Assembly (NCBI GenBank): GCA_964016885.1
Contig: OZ024740.1
Span: forward strand, 21,762,001 to 21,826,000
DNA: 64,000 bases
Source: Eledone cirrhosa
Lineage: Eukaryota
Direction: 5' to 3'
The notes beneath the pieces were generated by a model. It made no database searches. It was not told the origin of the DNA and saw nothing but the letters and a program-made list of their open reading frames with translations. The number at the start of each line of letters is the position of its first letter. The first letter of the stretch is position 1. A program made the position numbers and the translations under genes. This document shows, piece by piece, positions 29,051-44,299 of the stretch.

Positions 29051-32000
29051 CAGTCAACATCTACACAAAGTGTATACAGTCAACATCTACACAAAGTGTA
29101 TACAGTCAACATCTACACAAAGTGTATACAGTCAACATCTGCACAAAGTGTATACAGTCAACATCTACACAAAGTGTATAGTCAACATCTACACAAAGTG
29201 TATAGTCAACATCTACACAAAGTGTATACAGTCAACATCTACACAAAGTATATACAGTCAATATCTACACAAAGAGTATACAGTCAACATCTACACAAAG
29301 TGTATAGTCAACATCTACACAAAGTGTATACAGTCAACATCTACACAAAGTGTATAGTCAACATCTACAGAAAGTATATACAGTCAATATCTACACAAAG
29401 TGTATAGTCAACATCTACAGAAAATGTATAGTTAACATCTACACAAAGTGTATAGTCAATATCTACACAAACTGTATAGTCAACATCTACACAAAGTGTA
29501 TACAGTCAACATCTACACAAAGTGTATACAGTCAATATCTACACAAAGTGTATACAGTCAATATCTACACAAAGTGTATACAGTCAACATCTACACAAAG
29601 TGTATACAGTCAATATCTACACAAAGAGTATACAGTCAACATCTACATAAAGTGTATACAGTCAACATCTACACAAAGTGTATACAGTCAACATCTACAC
29701 AAAGTGTATACAGTCAACATCTACACAAAGTGTATACAGTCAACATCTACACAGTGTATACAGTCAACATCTACACAAAGTGTATACAGTCAACATCTAC
29801 ACAAAGTGTATACAGTCAACATCTACACAAAGTGTATAGTCAACATCTACACAAAGTGTATAGTCAACATCTACACAAAGTGTATAGAGTCAACATCTAC
29901 ACAAAGTGTATACAGTCAACATCTACACAATGTGTATACAGTCAACATCTACACAAAGTCTATACAGTCAACATCTACACAAAGTATATACAGTCAATAT
30001 CTACACAAAGTGTATAGTCAACATCTACAGAAAGTGTATAGTTAACATCTACACAAAGTGTATAGTCAACATCTACACAAAGTGTATACAGTCAACATCT
30101 ACACAAGTGTATACTCAACATCTACACAAAGTCTATACAGTCAACATCTACACAAAGTGTATACAGTCAACATCTATACAAAGTGTATAGTCAACATCTA
30201 AACAAAGTGTATAGTCAACATCTACACAAAGTGTATAGTCAACATCTACACAAAGTGTATACAGTCAACATCTACACAAAGTGTATACAGTCAATATCTA
30301 CACAAAGAGTATACAGTCAACATCTACACAAAGTGTATAGTCAACATCTACACAAAGTGTATACAATCAACATCTACACAAAGTGTATACAGTAAACATC
30401 TACACAAAGTGTATACAGTCAACGTCTACACAAAGTGTATACAGTCAACATCTACACAAAGTGTATACAGTCAACATCTACACAATGTGTATACAGTCAA
30501 CATCTACACAAAGTGTATAGTCAACATCTACACAAAGTGTATACAGTCAACATCTACACAAAGTGTATACAGTCAACATCTACACAAAGTGTATACAGTC
30601 AACATCTACACAAAGTGTATACAGTCAACATCTACACAGTGTATACAGTCAACATCTACACAAAGTGTATACAGTCAACATCTACACAAAGGGTATACAG
30701 TCAACATCTACACAAAGTGTATAGTCAACATCTACACAAAGTGTATAGTCAACATCTACACAAAGTGTATAGAGTCAACATCTACACAAAGTGTATACAG
30801 TCAACATCTACACAATGTGTATACAGTCAACGTCTACACAAAGTCTATACAGTCAACATCTACACAAAGTATATACAGTCAATATCTACACAAAGTGTAT
30901 AGTCAACATCTACAGAAAGTGTATAGTTAACATCTACACAAAGTGTATAGTCAACATCTACACAAAGTGTATACAGTCAACATCTACACAAGTGTATACT
31001 CAACATCTACACAAAGTGTATACAGTCAACATCTACACAAAGTGTATACAGTCAACATCTACACAAAGTGTATACAGTCAACATCTACACAATGTGTATA
31101 CAGTCAACATCTACACAAAGTGTATAGTCAACATCTACACATAGTGTATACAGTCAACATCTACACAAAATGTATACAGTCAATATCTACACAAAGAGTA
31201 TACAGTCAACATCTACACAAAGTGTATAGTCAACATCTACACAAAGTGTATACAGTCAACATCTACACAAAGTGTATACAGTCAACATCTACACAAAGTG
31301 TATAGTCAACATCTACACAAAGTGTATACAGTCAACATCTACACAAAGTGTATACAATCAACATCTACACAAAGTGTATACAGTCAACATCTACACAAAG
31401 TGTGTACAATCAACATCTACACAAGGTGTATAGGCAACATCTACACGGAGTGTATACAGTCAACATCTACACAAAGTGTATACAGTCAACATCTACACAA
31501 AGTGTATAGTCAACATCTACACAAAGTGTATACAGTCAACATCTACACAAAGTGTATACAGTCAACATCTACACAAAGTGTATAGTCAACATCTACACAA
31601 AGTATATACAGTCAATATCTACACAAAGTGTATAGTCAACAAATACAGAAAGTGTATAGTTAACATCTACACAAAGTGTATAGTCAACATCTACACAAAG
31701 TGTATACAGTCATCATCTACACAAGTGTATACTCAACATCTACACAAAGTGTATACAGTCAACATCTACACAAAGTGTATACAGTCAACATCTATACAAA
31801 GTGTATAGTCAACATCTAAACAAAGTGTATAGTCAACATCTACACAAAGTGTATAGTCAACATCTACACAAAGTGTATACAGTCAACATCTACACAAAGT
31901 GTATACAGTCAATATCTACACAAAGAGGATACAGTCAACATCTACACAAAGTGTATAGTCAACATCTACACAAAGTGTATACAGTCAACATCTACACAAA

Positions 32001-35000
32001 GTGTATACAGTCAACATCTACACAAAGTGTATAGTCAACATCTACACAAAGTGTATACAGTCAACATCTACACAAAGTGTATACAGTCAACATCTACACA
32101 AAGTGTATACAGTCAACATCTACACAAAGTGTATACAGTCAACATCTACACAAAGTGTATAGTCAACATCTACACAAAGTGTATAGTCAACATCTACACA
32201 AAGTGTATACAGTCAACATCTACACAAAGTGTATACAGTCAACATCTACACAAAGTGTATACAGTCAACATCTACACAAAGTGTATAGTCAACATCTACA
32301 CAAAGTGTATACAGTCAACATCTACACAAAGTGTATAATCAACATCTACACAAAGTGTATACAATCAACATCTACACAAAGTGTATACAGTCAACATCTA
32401 CACGGAGTGTATACAGTCAACATCTACACAAAGTGTACACAGTCAACATCTACACAAAGTGTATACAGTCAACATCTACACAAAGTGTATACAATTAACA
32501 TCTACACAAAGTGTACAGTCAACATCTACACAAAGTGTATAGTCAACATCTACACAAAGTGTATACAGTCAACATCTACACAAAGTGTATAGTCAACATC
32601 TACACAAAGTGTACAGTCAACATCTACACGAAGAGTATACAGTCAAAATCTACACAAAGTGTATACGATCAACATCTACACAAAGTGTATACAGTCAACA
32701 TCTACACAAAGTGTATACAATCAACATCTACACAAAGTGTATGCAATCAACATCTACACAAAGTGTATACAGTCAACATCTACACGGGGTGTATACAGTC
32801 AACATCTACACAAAGTGTATACAGTCAACATCTACACAAAGTGTATAGTCAACATCTACACAAAGTGTATACAGTCAACATCTACACAAAGTGTATACAG
32901 TCAACATCTACACAAAGTGTATAGTCAACATCTACACAAAGTGTATACAGTCAACATCTACACAAAGTGTATACAGTCAACATCTACACAAAGTATATAC
33001 AGTCAATATCTACACAAAGTGTATAGTCAACATCTACAGAAAGTGTATAGTTAACATCTACACAAAGTGTATAGTCAACATCTACACAAAGTGTATACAG
33101 TCAACATCTACACAAGTGTATACTCAACATCTACACAAAGTGTATACAGTCAACATCTACACAAAGTGTATACAGTCAACATCTACACAAAGTGTATACA
33201 GTCAACATCTACACAAAGTGTATACAGTCAACATCTGCACAAAGTGTATACAGTCAACATCTACACAAAGTGTATAGTCAACATCTACACAAAGTGTATA
33301 GTCAACATCTACACAAAGTGTATACAGTCAACATCTACACAAAGTATATACAGTCAATATCTACACAAAGAGTATACAGTCAACATCTACACAAAGTGTA
33401 TAGTCAACATCTACACAAAGTGTATACAGTCAACATCTACACAAAGTGTATAGTCAACATCTACAGAAAGTATATACAGTCAATATCTACACAAAGTGTA
33501 TAGTCAACATCTACAGAAAATGTATAGTTAACATCTACACAAAGTGTATAGTCAATATCTACACAAACTGTATAGTCAACATCTACACAAAGTGTATACA
33601 GTCAACATCTACACAAAGTGTATACAGTCAATATCTACACAAAGTGTATACAGTCAATATCTACACAAAGTGTATACAGTCAACATCTACACAAAGTGTA
33701 TACAGTCAATATCTACACAAAGAGTATACAGTCAACATCTACATAAAGTGTATACAGTCAACATCTACACAAAGTGTATACAGTCAACATCTACACAAAG
33801 TGTATACAGTCAACATCTACACAAAGTGTATACAGTCAACATCTACACAGTGTATACAGTCAACATCTACACAAAGTGTATACAGTCAACATCTACACAA
33901 AGTGTATACAGTCAACATCTACACAAAGTGTATAGTCAACATCTACACAAAGTGTATAGTCAACATCTACACAAAGTGTATAGAGTCAACATCTACACAA
34001 AGTGTATACAGTCAACATCTACACAATGTGTATACAGTCAACATCTACACAAAGTCTATACAGTCAACATCTACACAAAGTATATACAGTCAATATCTAC
34101 ACAAAGTGTATAGTCAACATCTACAGAAAGTGTATAGTTAACATCTACACAAAGTGTATAGTCAACATCTACACAAAGTGTATACAGTCAACATCTACAC
34201 AAGTGTATACTCAACATCTACACAAAGTCTATACAGTCAACATCTACACAAAGTGTATACAGTCAACATCTATACAAAGTGTATAGTCAACATCTAAACA
34301 AAGTGTATAGTCAACATCTACACAAAGTGTATAGTCAACATCTACACAAAGTGTATACAGTCAACATCTACACAAAGTGTATACAGTCAATATCTACACA
34401 AAGAGTATACAGTCAACATCTACACAAAGTGTATAGTCAACATCTACACAAAGTGTATACAATCAACATCTACACAAAGTGTATACAGTAAACATCTACA
34501 CAAAGTGTATACAGTCAACGTCTACACAAAGTGTATACAGTCAACATCTACACAAAGTGTATACAGTCAACATCTACACAATGTGTATACAGTCAACATC
34601 TACACAAAGTGTATAGTCAACATCTACACAAAGTGTATACAGTCAACATCTACACAAAGTGTATACAGTCAACATCTACACAAAGTGTATACAGTCAACA
34701 TCTACACAAAGTGTATACAGTCAACATCTACACAGTGTATACAGTCAACATCTACACAAAGTGTATACAGTCAACATCTACACAAAGGGTATACAGTCAA
34801 CATCTACACAAAGTGTATAGTCAACATCTACACAAAGTGTATAGTCAACATCTACACAAAGTGTATAGAGTCAACATCTACACAAAGTGTATACAGTCAA
34901 CATCTACACAATGTGTATACAGTCAACGTCTACACAAAGTCTATACAGTCAACATCTACACAAAGTATATACAGTCAATATCTACACAAAGTGTATAGTC

Positions 35001-37046
35001 AACATCTACAGAAAGTGTATAGTTAACATCTACACAAAGTGTATAGTCAACATCTACACAAAGTGTATACAGTCAACATCTACACAAGTGTATACTCAAC
35101 ATCTACACAAAGTGTATACAGTCAACATCTACACAAAGTGTATACAGTCAACATCTACACAAAGTGTATACAGTCAACATCTACACAATGTGTATACAGT
35201 CAACATCTACACAAAGTGTATAGTCAACATCTACACATAGTGTATACAGTCAACATCTACACAAAATGTATACAGTCAATATCTACACAAAGAGTATACA
35301 GTCAACATCTACACAAAGTGTATAGTCAACATCTACACAAAGTGTATACAGTCAACATCTACACAAAGTGTATACAGTCAACATCTACACAAAGTGTATA
35401 GTCAACATCTACACAAAGTGTATACAGTCAACATCTACACAAAGTGTATACAATCAACATCTACACAAAGTGTATACAGTCAACATCTACACAAAGTGTG
35501 TACAATCAACATCTACACAAGGTGTATAGGCAACATCTACACGGAGTGTATACAGTCAACATCTACACAAAGTGTATACAGTCAACATCTACACAAAGTG
35601 TATAGTCAACATCTACACAAAGTGTATACAGTCAACATCTACACAAAGTGTATACAGTCAACATCTACACAAAGTGTATAGTCAACATCTACACAAAGTA
35701 TATACAGTCAATATCTACACAAAGTGTATAGTCAACAAATACAGAAAGTGTATAGTTAACATCTACACAAAGTGTATAGTCAACATCTACACAAAGTGTA
35801 TACAGTCATCATCTACACAAGTGTATACTCAACATCTACACAAAGTGTATACAGTCAACATCTACACAAAGTGTATACAGTCAACATCTATACAAAGTGT
35901 ATAGTCAACATCTAAACAAAGTGTATAGTCAACATCTACACAAAGTGTATAGTCAACATCTACACAAAGTGTATACAGTCAACATCTACACAAAGTGTAT
36001 ACAGTCAATATCTACACAAAGAGGATACAGTCAACATCTACACAAAGTGTATAGTCAACATCTACACAAAGTGTATACAGTCAACATCTACACAAAGTGT
36101 ATACAGTCAACATCTACACAAAGTGTATAGTCAACATCTACACAAAGTGTATACAGTCAACATCTACACAAAGTGTATACAGTCAACATCTACACAAAGT
36201 GTATACAGTCAACATCTACACAAAGTGTATACAGTCAACATCTACACAAAGTGTATAGTCAACATCTACACAAAGTGTATAGTCAACATCTACACAAAGT
36301 GTATACAGTCAACATCTACACAAAGTGTATACAGTCAACATCTACACAAAGTGTATACAGTCAACATCTACACAAAGTGTATAGTCAACATCTACACAAA
36401 GTGTATACAGTCAACATCTACACAAAGTGTATAATCAACATCTACACAAAGTGTATACAATCAACATCTACACAAAGTGTATACAGTCAACATCTACACG
36501 GAGTGTATACAGTCAACATCTACACAAAGTGTACACAGTCAACATCTACACAAAGTGTATACAGTCAACATCTACACAAAGTGTATACAATTAACATCTA
36601 CACAAAGTGTACAGTCAACATCTACACAAAGTGTATAGTCAACATCTACACAAAGTGTATACAGTCAACATCTACACAAAGTGTATAGTCAACATCTACA
36701 CAAAGTGTACAGTCAACATCTACACGAAGAGTATACAGTCAAAATCTACACAAAGTGTATACGATCAACATCTACACAAAGTGTATACAGTCAACATCTA
36801 CACAAAGTGTATACAATCAACATCTACACAAAGTGTATGCAATCAACATCTACACAAAGTGTATACAGTCAACATCTACACGGGGTGTATACAGTCAACA
36901 TCTACACAAAGTGTATACAGTCAACATCTACACAAAGTGTATAGTCAACATCTACACAAAGTGTATACAGTCAACATCTACACAAAGTGTATACAGTCAA
37001 CATCTACACAAAGTGTATAGTCAACATCTACACAAAGTGTATACAG
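28828..37046 (+). repeat. Tandem duplication with a period of 4096 bp
   Basis: Constant offset of 4096 for ORFs 28971/33067, 29350/33446, 30409/34505, 31476/35572 and 32585/36681, with identical translations. Confidence 0.93.
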
Positions 37047-40000
37047 GCAACATCTACACAAAGTGTATACAGTCAACTTCTACACGGAGTGTATACAGTC
37101 AACATCTACACAAAGTGTATACAGTCAACATCTACACAAAGTGTACACAGTCAACATCTACACAAAGTGTATACAGTCAACATCTACACAAAGTGTATAC
37201 AATCAACATCTACACAAAGTGTACAGTCAACATCTACACAAAGTGTATACAGTCAACATCTACACAAAGTGTATAGTCAACATCTACACAAAGTGTACAG
37301 TCAACATCTACACGAAGTGTATACAGTCAAAATCTACACAAAGTGTATACGATCAACATCTACACAAAGTGTATACAGTCAACATCTACACAAAGTGTAT
37401 ACAATCAACATCTATACAAAGTGTATACAATCAACATCTACACAAAGTGTATACAGTCAACATCTACACGGAGTGTATACAGTCAACATCTACACAAAGT
37501 GTATACAGTCAACATCTACACAAAGTGTATACAGTCAACATCTACACAAAGTGTATACAATCAACATCTACACAAAGTGTACAGTCAACATCTACACACA
37601 GTGTATAGTCAACATCTACAGAAAGTGTATAGTTAACATCTACACAAAGTGTATAGTCAACATCTACACAAAGTGTATAGAGTCAACATCTACACAAAGT
37701 GTATACAGTCAACATCTACACAATGTGTATACAGTCAACATCTACACAAAGTCTATACAGTCAACATCTACACAAAGTATATACAGTCAATATCTACACA
37801 AAGTGTATAGTCAACATCTACAGAAAGTGTATAGTTAACATCTACACAAAGTGTATAGTCAACATCTACACAAAGTGTATACAGTCAACATCTACACAAG
37901 TGTATACTCAACATCTACACAAAGTCTATACAGTCAACATCTACACAAAGTGTATACAGTCAACATCTATACAAAGTGTATAGTCAACATCTAAACAAAG
38001 TGTATAGTCAACATCTACACAAAGTGTATAGTCAACATCTACACAAAGTGTATACAGTCAACATCTACACAAAGTGTATACAGTCAATATCTACACAAAG
38101 AGTATACAGTCAACATCTACACAAAGTGTATAGTCAACATCTACACAAAGTGTATACAATCAACATCTACACAAAGTGTATACAGTAAACATCTACACAA
38201 AGTGTATACAGTCAACGTCTACACAAAGTGTATACAGTCAACATCTACACAAAGTGTATACAGTCAACATCTACACACTGTGTATACAGTCAACATCTAC
38301 ACAAAGTGTATAGTCAACATCTACACAAAGTGTATACAGTCAACATCTACACAAAGTGTATACAGTCAACATCTACACAAAGTGTATACAGTCAACATCT
38401 ACACAAAGTGTATACAGTCAACATCTACACAGTGTATACAGTCAACATCTACACAAAGTGTATACAGTCAACATCTACACAAAGGGTATACAGTCAACAT
38501 CTACACAAAGTGTATAGTCAACATCTACACAAAGTGTATAGTCAACATCTACACAAAGTGTATAGAGTCAACATCTACACAAAGTGTATACAGTCAACAT
38601 CTACACAATGTGTATACAGTCAACGTCTACACAAAGTCTATACAGTCAACATCTACACAAAGTATATACAGTCAATATCTACACAAAGTGTATAGTCAAC
38701 ATCTACAGAAAGTGTATAGTTAACATCTACACAAAGTGTATAGTCAACATCTACACAAAGTGTATACAGTCAACATCTACACAAGTGTATACTCAACATC
38801 TACACAAAGTGTATACAGTCAACATCTACACAAAGTGTATACAGTCAACATCTACACAAAGTGTATACAGTCAACATCTACACAATGTGTATACAGTCAA
38901 CATCTACACAAAGTGTATAGTCAACATCTACACATAGTGTATACAGTCAACATCTACACAAAATGTATACAGTCAATATCTACACAAAGAGTATACAGTC
39001 AACATCTACACAAAGTGTATAGTCAACATCTACACAAAGTGTATACAGTCAACATCTACACAAAGTGTATACAGTCAACATCTACACAAAGTGTATAGTC
39101 AACATCTACACAAAGTGTATACAGTCAACATCTACACAAAGTGTATACAATCAACATCTACACAAAGTGTATACAGTCAACATCTACACAAAGTGTGTAC
39201 AATCAACATCTACACAAGGTGTATAGGCAACATCTACACGGAGTGTATACAGTCAACATCTACACAAAGTGTATACAGTCAACATCTACACAAAGTGTAT
39301 AGTCAACATCTACACAAAGTGTATACAGTCAACATCTACACAAACTGTATACAGTCAACATCTACACAAAGTGGATAGTCAACATCTACACAAAGTATAT
39401 ACAGTCAATATCTACACAAAGTGTATAGTCAACAAATACAGAAAGTGTATAGTTAACATCTACACAAAGTGTATAGTCAACATCTACACAAAGTGTATAC
39501 AGTCATCATCTACACAAGTGTATACTCAACATCTACACAAAGTGTATACAGTCAACATCTACACAAAGTGTATACAGTCAACATCTATACAAAGTGTATA
39601 GTCAACATCTAAACAAAGTGTATAGTCAACATCTACACAAAGTGTATAGTCAACATCTACACAAAGTGTATACAGTCAACATCTACACAAAGTGTATACA
39701 GTCAATATCTACACAAAGAGGATACAGTCAACATCTACACAAAGTGTATAGTCAACATCTACACAAAGTGTATACAGTCAACATCTACACAAAGTGTATA
39801 CAGTCAACATCTACACAAAGTGTATAGTCAACATCTACACAAAGTGTATACAGTCAACATCTACACAAAGTGTATACAGTCAACATCTACACAAAGTGTA
39901 TACAGTCAACATCTACACAAAGTGTATACAGTCAACATCTACACAAAGTGTATAGTCAACATCTACACAAAGTGTATAGTCAACATCTACACAAAGTGTA

Positions 40001-41320
40001 TACAGTCAACATCTACACAAAGTGTATACAGTCAACATCTACACAAAGTGTATACAGTCAACATCTACACAAAGTGTATAGTCAACATCTACACAAAGTG
40101 TATACAGTCAACATCTACACAAAGTGTATAATCAACATCTACACAAAGTGTATAGTCAACATCTACACAAAGTGTATACAATCAACATCTACACAAAGTG
40201 TATACAGTCAACATCTACACGGAGTGTATACAGTCAACATCTACACAAAGTGTACACAGTCAACATCTACACAAAGTGTATACAGTCAACATCTACACAA
40301 AGTGTATACAATTAACATCTACACAAAGTGTACAGTCAACATCTACACAAAGTGTATAGTCAACATCTACACAAAGTGTATACAGTCAACATCTACACAA
40401 AGTGTATAGTCAACATCTACACAAAGTGTACAGTCAACATCTACACGAAGAGTATACAGTCAAAATCTACACAAAGTGTATACGATCAACATCTACACAA
40501 AGTGTATACAGTCAACATCTACACAAAGTGTATACAATCAACATCTACACAAAGTGTATGCAATCAACATCTACACAAAGTGTATACAGTCAACATCTAC
40601 ACGGGGTGTATACAGTCAATATCTACACAAAGTGTATACAGTCAACATCTACACAAAGTGTATAGTCAACATCTACACAAAGTGTATACAGTCAACATCT
40701 ACACAAAGTGTATACAGTCAACATCTACACAAAGTGTATAGTCAACATCTACACAAAGTGTATACAGGCAACATCTACACAAAGTGTATACAGTCAACTT
40801 CTACACGGAGTGTATACAGTCAACATCTACACAAAGTGTATACAGTCAACATCTACACAAAGTGTACACAGTCAACATCTACACAAAGTGTATACAGTCA
40901 ACATCTACACAAAGTGTATACAATCAACATCTACACAAAGTGTACAGTCAACATCTACACAAAGTGTATACAGTCAACATCTACACAAAGTGTATAGTCA
41001 ACATCTACACAAAGTGTACAGTCAACATCTACACGAAGTGTATACAGTCAAAATCTACACAAAGTGTATACGATCAACATCTACACAAAGTGTATACAGT
41101 CAACATCTACACAAAGTGTATACAATCAACATCTATACAAAGTGTATACAATCAACATCTACACAAAGTGTATACAGTCAACATCTACACGGAGTGTATA
41201 CAGTCAACATCTACACAAAGTGTATACAGTCAACATCTACACAAAGTGTATACAGTCAACATCTACACAAAGTGTATACAATCAACATCTACACAAAGTG
41301 TACAGTCAACATCTACACAA
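33930..41320 (+). repeat. Overlapping tandem duplication of about 3.7 kb (third partial copy of the 4.1-kb unit)
   Basis: Offsets are 3697 (34279/37976, 35394/39091, 36123/39820), then 3721 (36607/40328, 37063/40784) after one extra 24-mer. Confidence 0.9.
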
Positions 41321-44299
41321 AGTGTATAGTCAACATCTACACAAAGTGTACAGTCAACATCTACACAAAGTGTATACAATCAACATCTACACAAAGTGTA
41401 TACAGTCAACATCTACACAAAGTGTATACAGACAACATCTACACAAAGTGTATACAGTCAACATCTACACAAAGGGTATAGTCAACATCTACACAAAGTA
41501 TATACAGTCAACATCTACACAAAGTGTATACAGTCAACATCTACACAAAGTGTATACAGTCAACATCTACACAAAGTGCACATTCAACATCTACACAAAG
41601 TGTACAGTCAACATCTACACAAAGTGTACAGTCAACATCTACACAAAGTGTATACAGTCAACATCTACACAAAGTGTATAGTCAACATCTACACAAAGTG
41701 TACAGTCAACATCTACGCAAAGAGAATAATCAACATGTACACAAAGTGTATATAGTTCACATCTACACAAAGTGTAGAGTCAACATCTACACAAAGTGTA
41801 TAGTCAACATCTACACAAAGTGTATACAGTCAACATCTACACAAAGTGTATACAGTCAACATCTACACAAAGTGTATACAGTCAACATCTACACAAAGTG
41901 TATAAGTCAACATCTACACAAAGTATATACAGTCAATATCTACACAAAGTGTATAGTCAACATCTACAGAAAGTGTATAGTTAACATCTACACAAAGTGT
42001 ATAGTCAACATCTACACAAAGTGTATACAGTCAACATCTACACAAGTGTATACTCAACATCTACACAAAGTGTATACAGTCAACATCTACACAAAGTGTA
42101 TACAGTCAACATCTACACACAGTGTATACAGTCAACATCTACACAAAGTGTATACAGTCAACATCTGCACAAAGTGTATACAGTCAACATCTACACAAAG
42201 TGTATAGTCAACATCTACACAAAGTGTATAGTCAACATCTACACAAAGTGTATACAGTCAACATCTACACAAAGTATATACAGTCAATATCTACACAAAG
42301 AGTATACAGTCAACATCTACACAAAGTGTATAGTCAACATCTACACAAAGTGTATACAGTCAACATCTACACAAAGTGTATACAGTCAACATCTACACAC
42401 AGTGTATACAGTCAACATCTACACAAAGTGTATAGTCAACATCTACACAAAGTGTATAGTCAACATCTACACAAAGTGTATACAGTCAACATCTACACAA
42501 AGTGTATACAGTCAACATCTACACAAAGTGTATAGTCAACATCTACAGAAAGTATATACAGTCAATATCTACACAAAGTGTATAGTCAACATCTACAGAA
42601 AATGTATAGTTAACATCTACACAAAGTGTATAGTCAATATCTACACAAACTGTATAGTCAACATCTACACAAAGTGTATACAGTCAACATCTACACAAAG
42701 TGTATACAGTCAATATCTACACACAGTGTATACAGTCAATATCTACACAAAGTGTATACAGTCAACATCTACACAAAGTGTATACAGTCAATATCTACAC
42801 AAAGAGTATACAGTCAACATCTACATAAAGTGTATACAGTCAACATCTACACAAAGTGTATACAGTCAACATCTACACAAAGTGTATACAGTCAACATCT
42901 ACACAAAGTGTATACAGTCAACATCTACACAGTGTATACAGTCAACATCTACACAAAGTGTATACAGTCAACATCTACACAGAGTGTATACAGTCAACAT
43001 CTACACAAAGTGTATAGTCAACATCTACACAAAGTGTATAGTCAACATCTACACAAAGTGTATAGAGTCAACATCTACACAAAGTGTATACAGTCAACAT
43101 CTACACAATGTGTATACAGTCAACATCTACACAAAGTCTAAACAGTCAACATCTACACAAAGTATATACAGTCAATATCTACACAAAGTGTATAGTCAAC
43201 ATCTACAGAAAGTGTATAGTTAACATCTACACAAAGTGTATAGTCAACATCTACACAAAGTGTATACAGTCAACATCTACACAAGTGTATACTCAACATC
43301 TACACAAAGTGTATACAGTCAACATCTACACAAAGTGTATACAGTCAACATCTATACAAAGTGTATAGTCAACATCTAAACAAAGTGTATAGTCAACATC
43401 TACACAAAGTGTATAGTCAACATCTACACAAAGTGTATACAGTCAACATCTACACAAAGTGTATACAGTCAATATCTACACAAAGAGTATACAGTCAACA
43501 TCTACACAAAGTGTATAGTCAACATCTACACAAAGTGTATACAATCAACATCTACACAAAGTGTATACAGTCAACATCTACACAAAGTGTATACAGTCAA
43601 CATCTACACAAAGTGTATACAGTCAACATCTACACAAAGTGTATACAGTCAACATCTACACAAAGTGTATACAGTCAACATCTACACAATGTGTATACAG
43701 TCAACATCTACACAAAGTGTATAGTCAACATCTACACAAAGTGTATACAGTCAACATCTACACAAAGTGTATAAGTCAATATCTACACAAAGAGTATACA
43801 GTCAACATCTACACAAAGTGTATAGTCAACATCTACACAAAGTGTATACAGTCAACATCTACACAAAGTGTATACAGTCAACATCTACACAAAGTGTATA
43901 GTCAACATCTACACAAAGTGTATACAGTCAACATCTACACGAAGTGTATACAATCAACATCTACACAAAGTGTGTACAATCAACATCTACACAAGGTGTA
44001 TAGGCAACATCTACACGGAGTGTATACAGTCAACATCTACACAAAGTGTATACAGTCAACATCTACACAAAGTGTATAGTCAACATCTACACAAAGTGTA
44101 TACAGTCAACATCTACACAAAGTGTATACAGTCAACATCTACACAAAGTGTATAGTCAACATCTACACAAAGTATATACAGTCAATATCTACACAAAGTG
44201 TATAGTCAACATCTACAGAAAGTGTATAGTCAACATCTACACAAAGTGTATAGTCAACATCTACACAAAGTGTATACAGTCAACATCTACACAAAGTGT

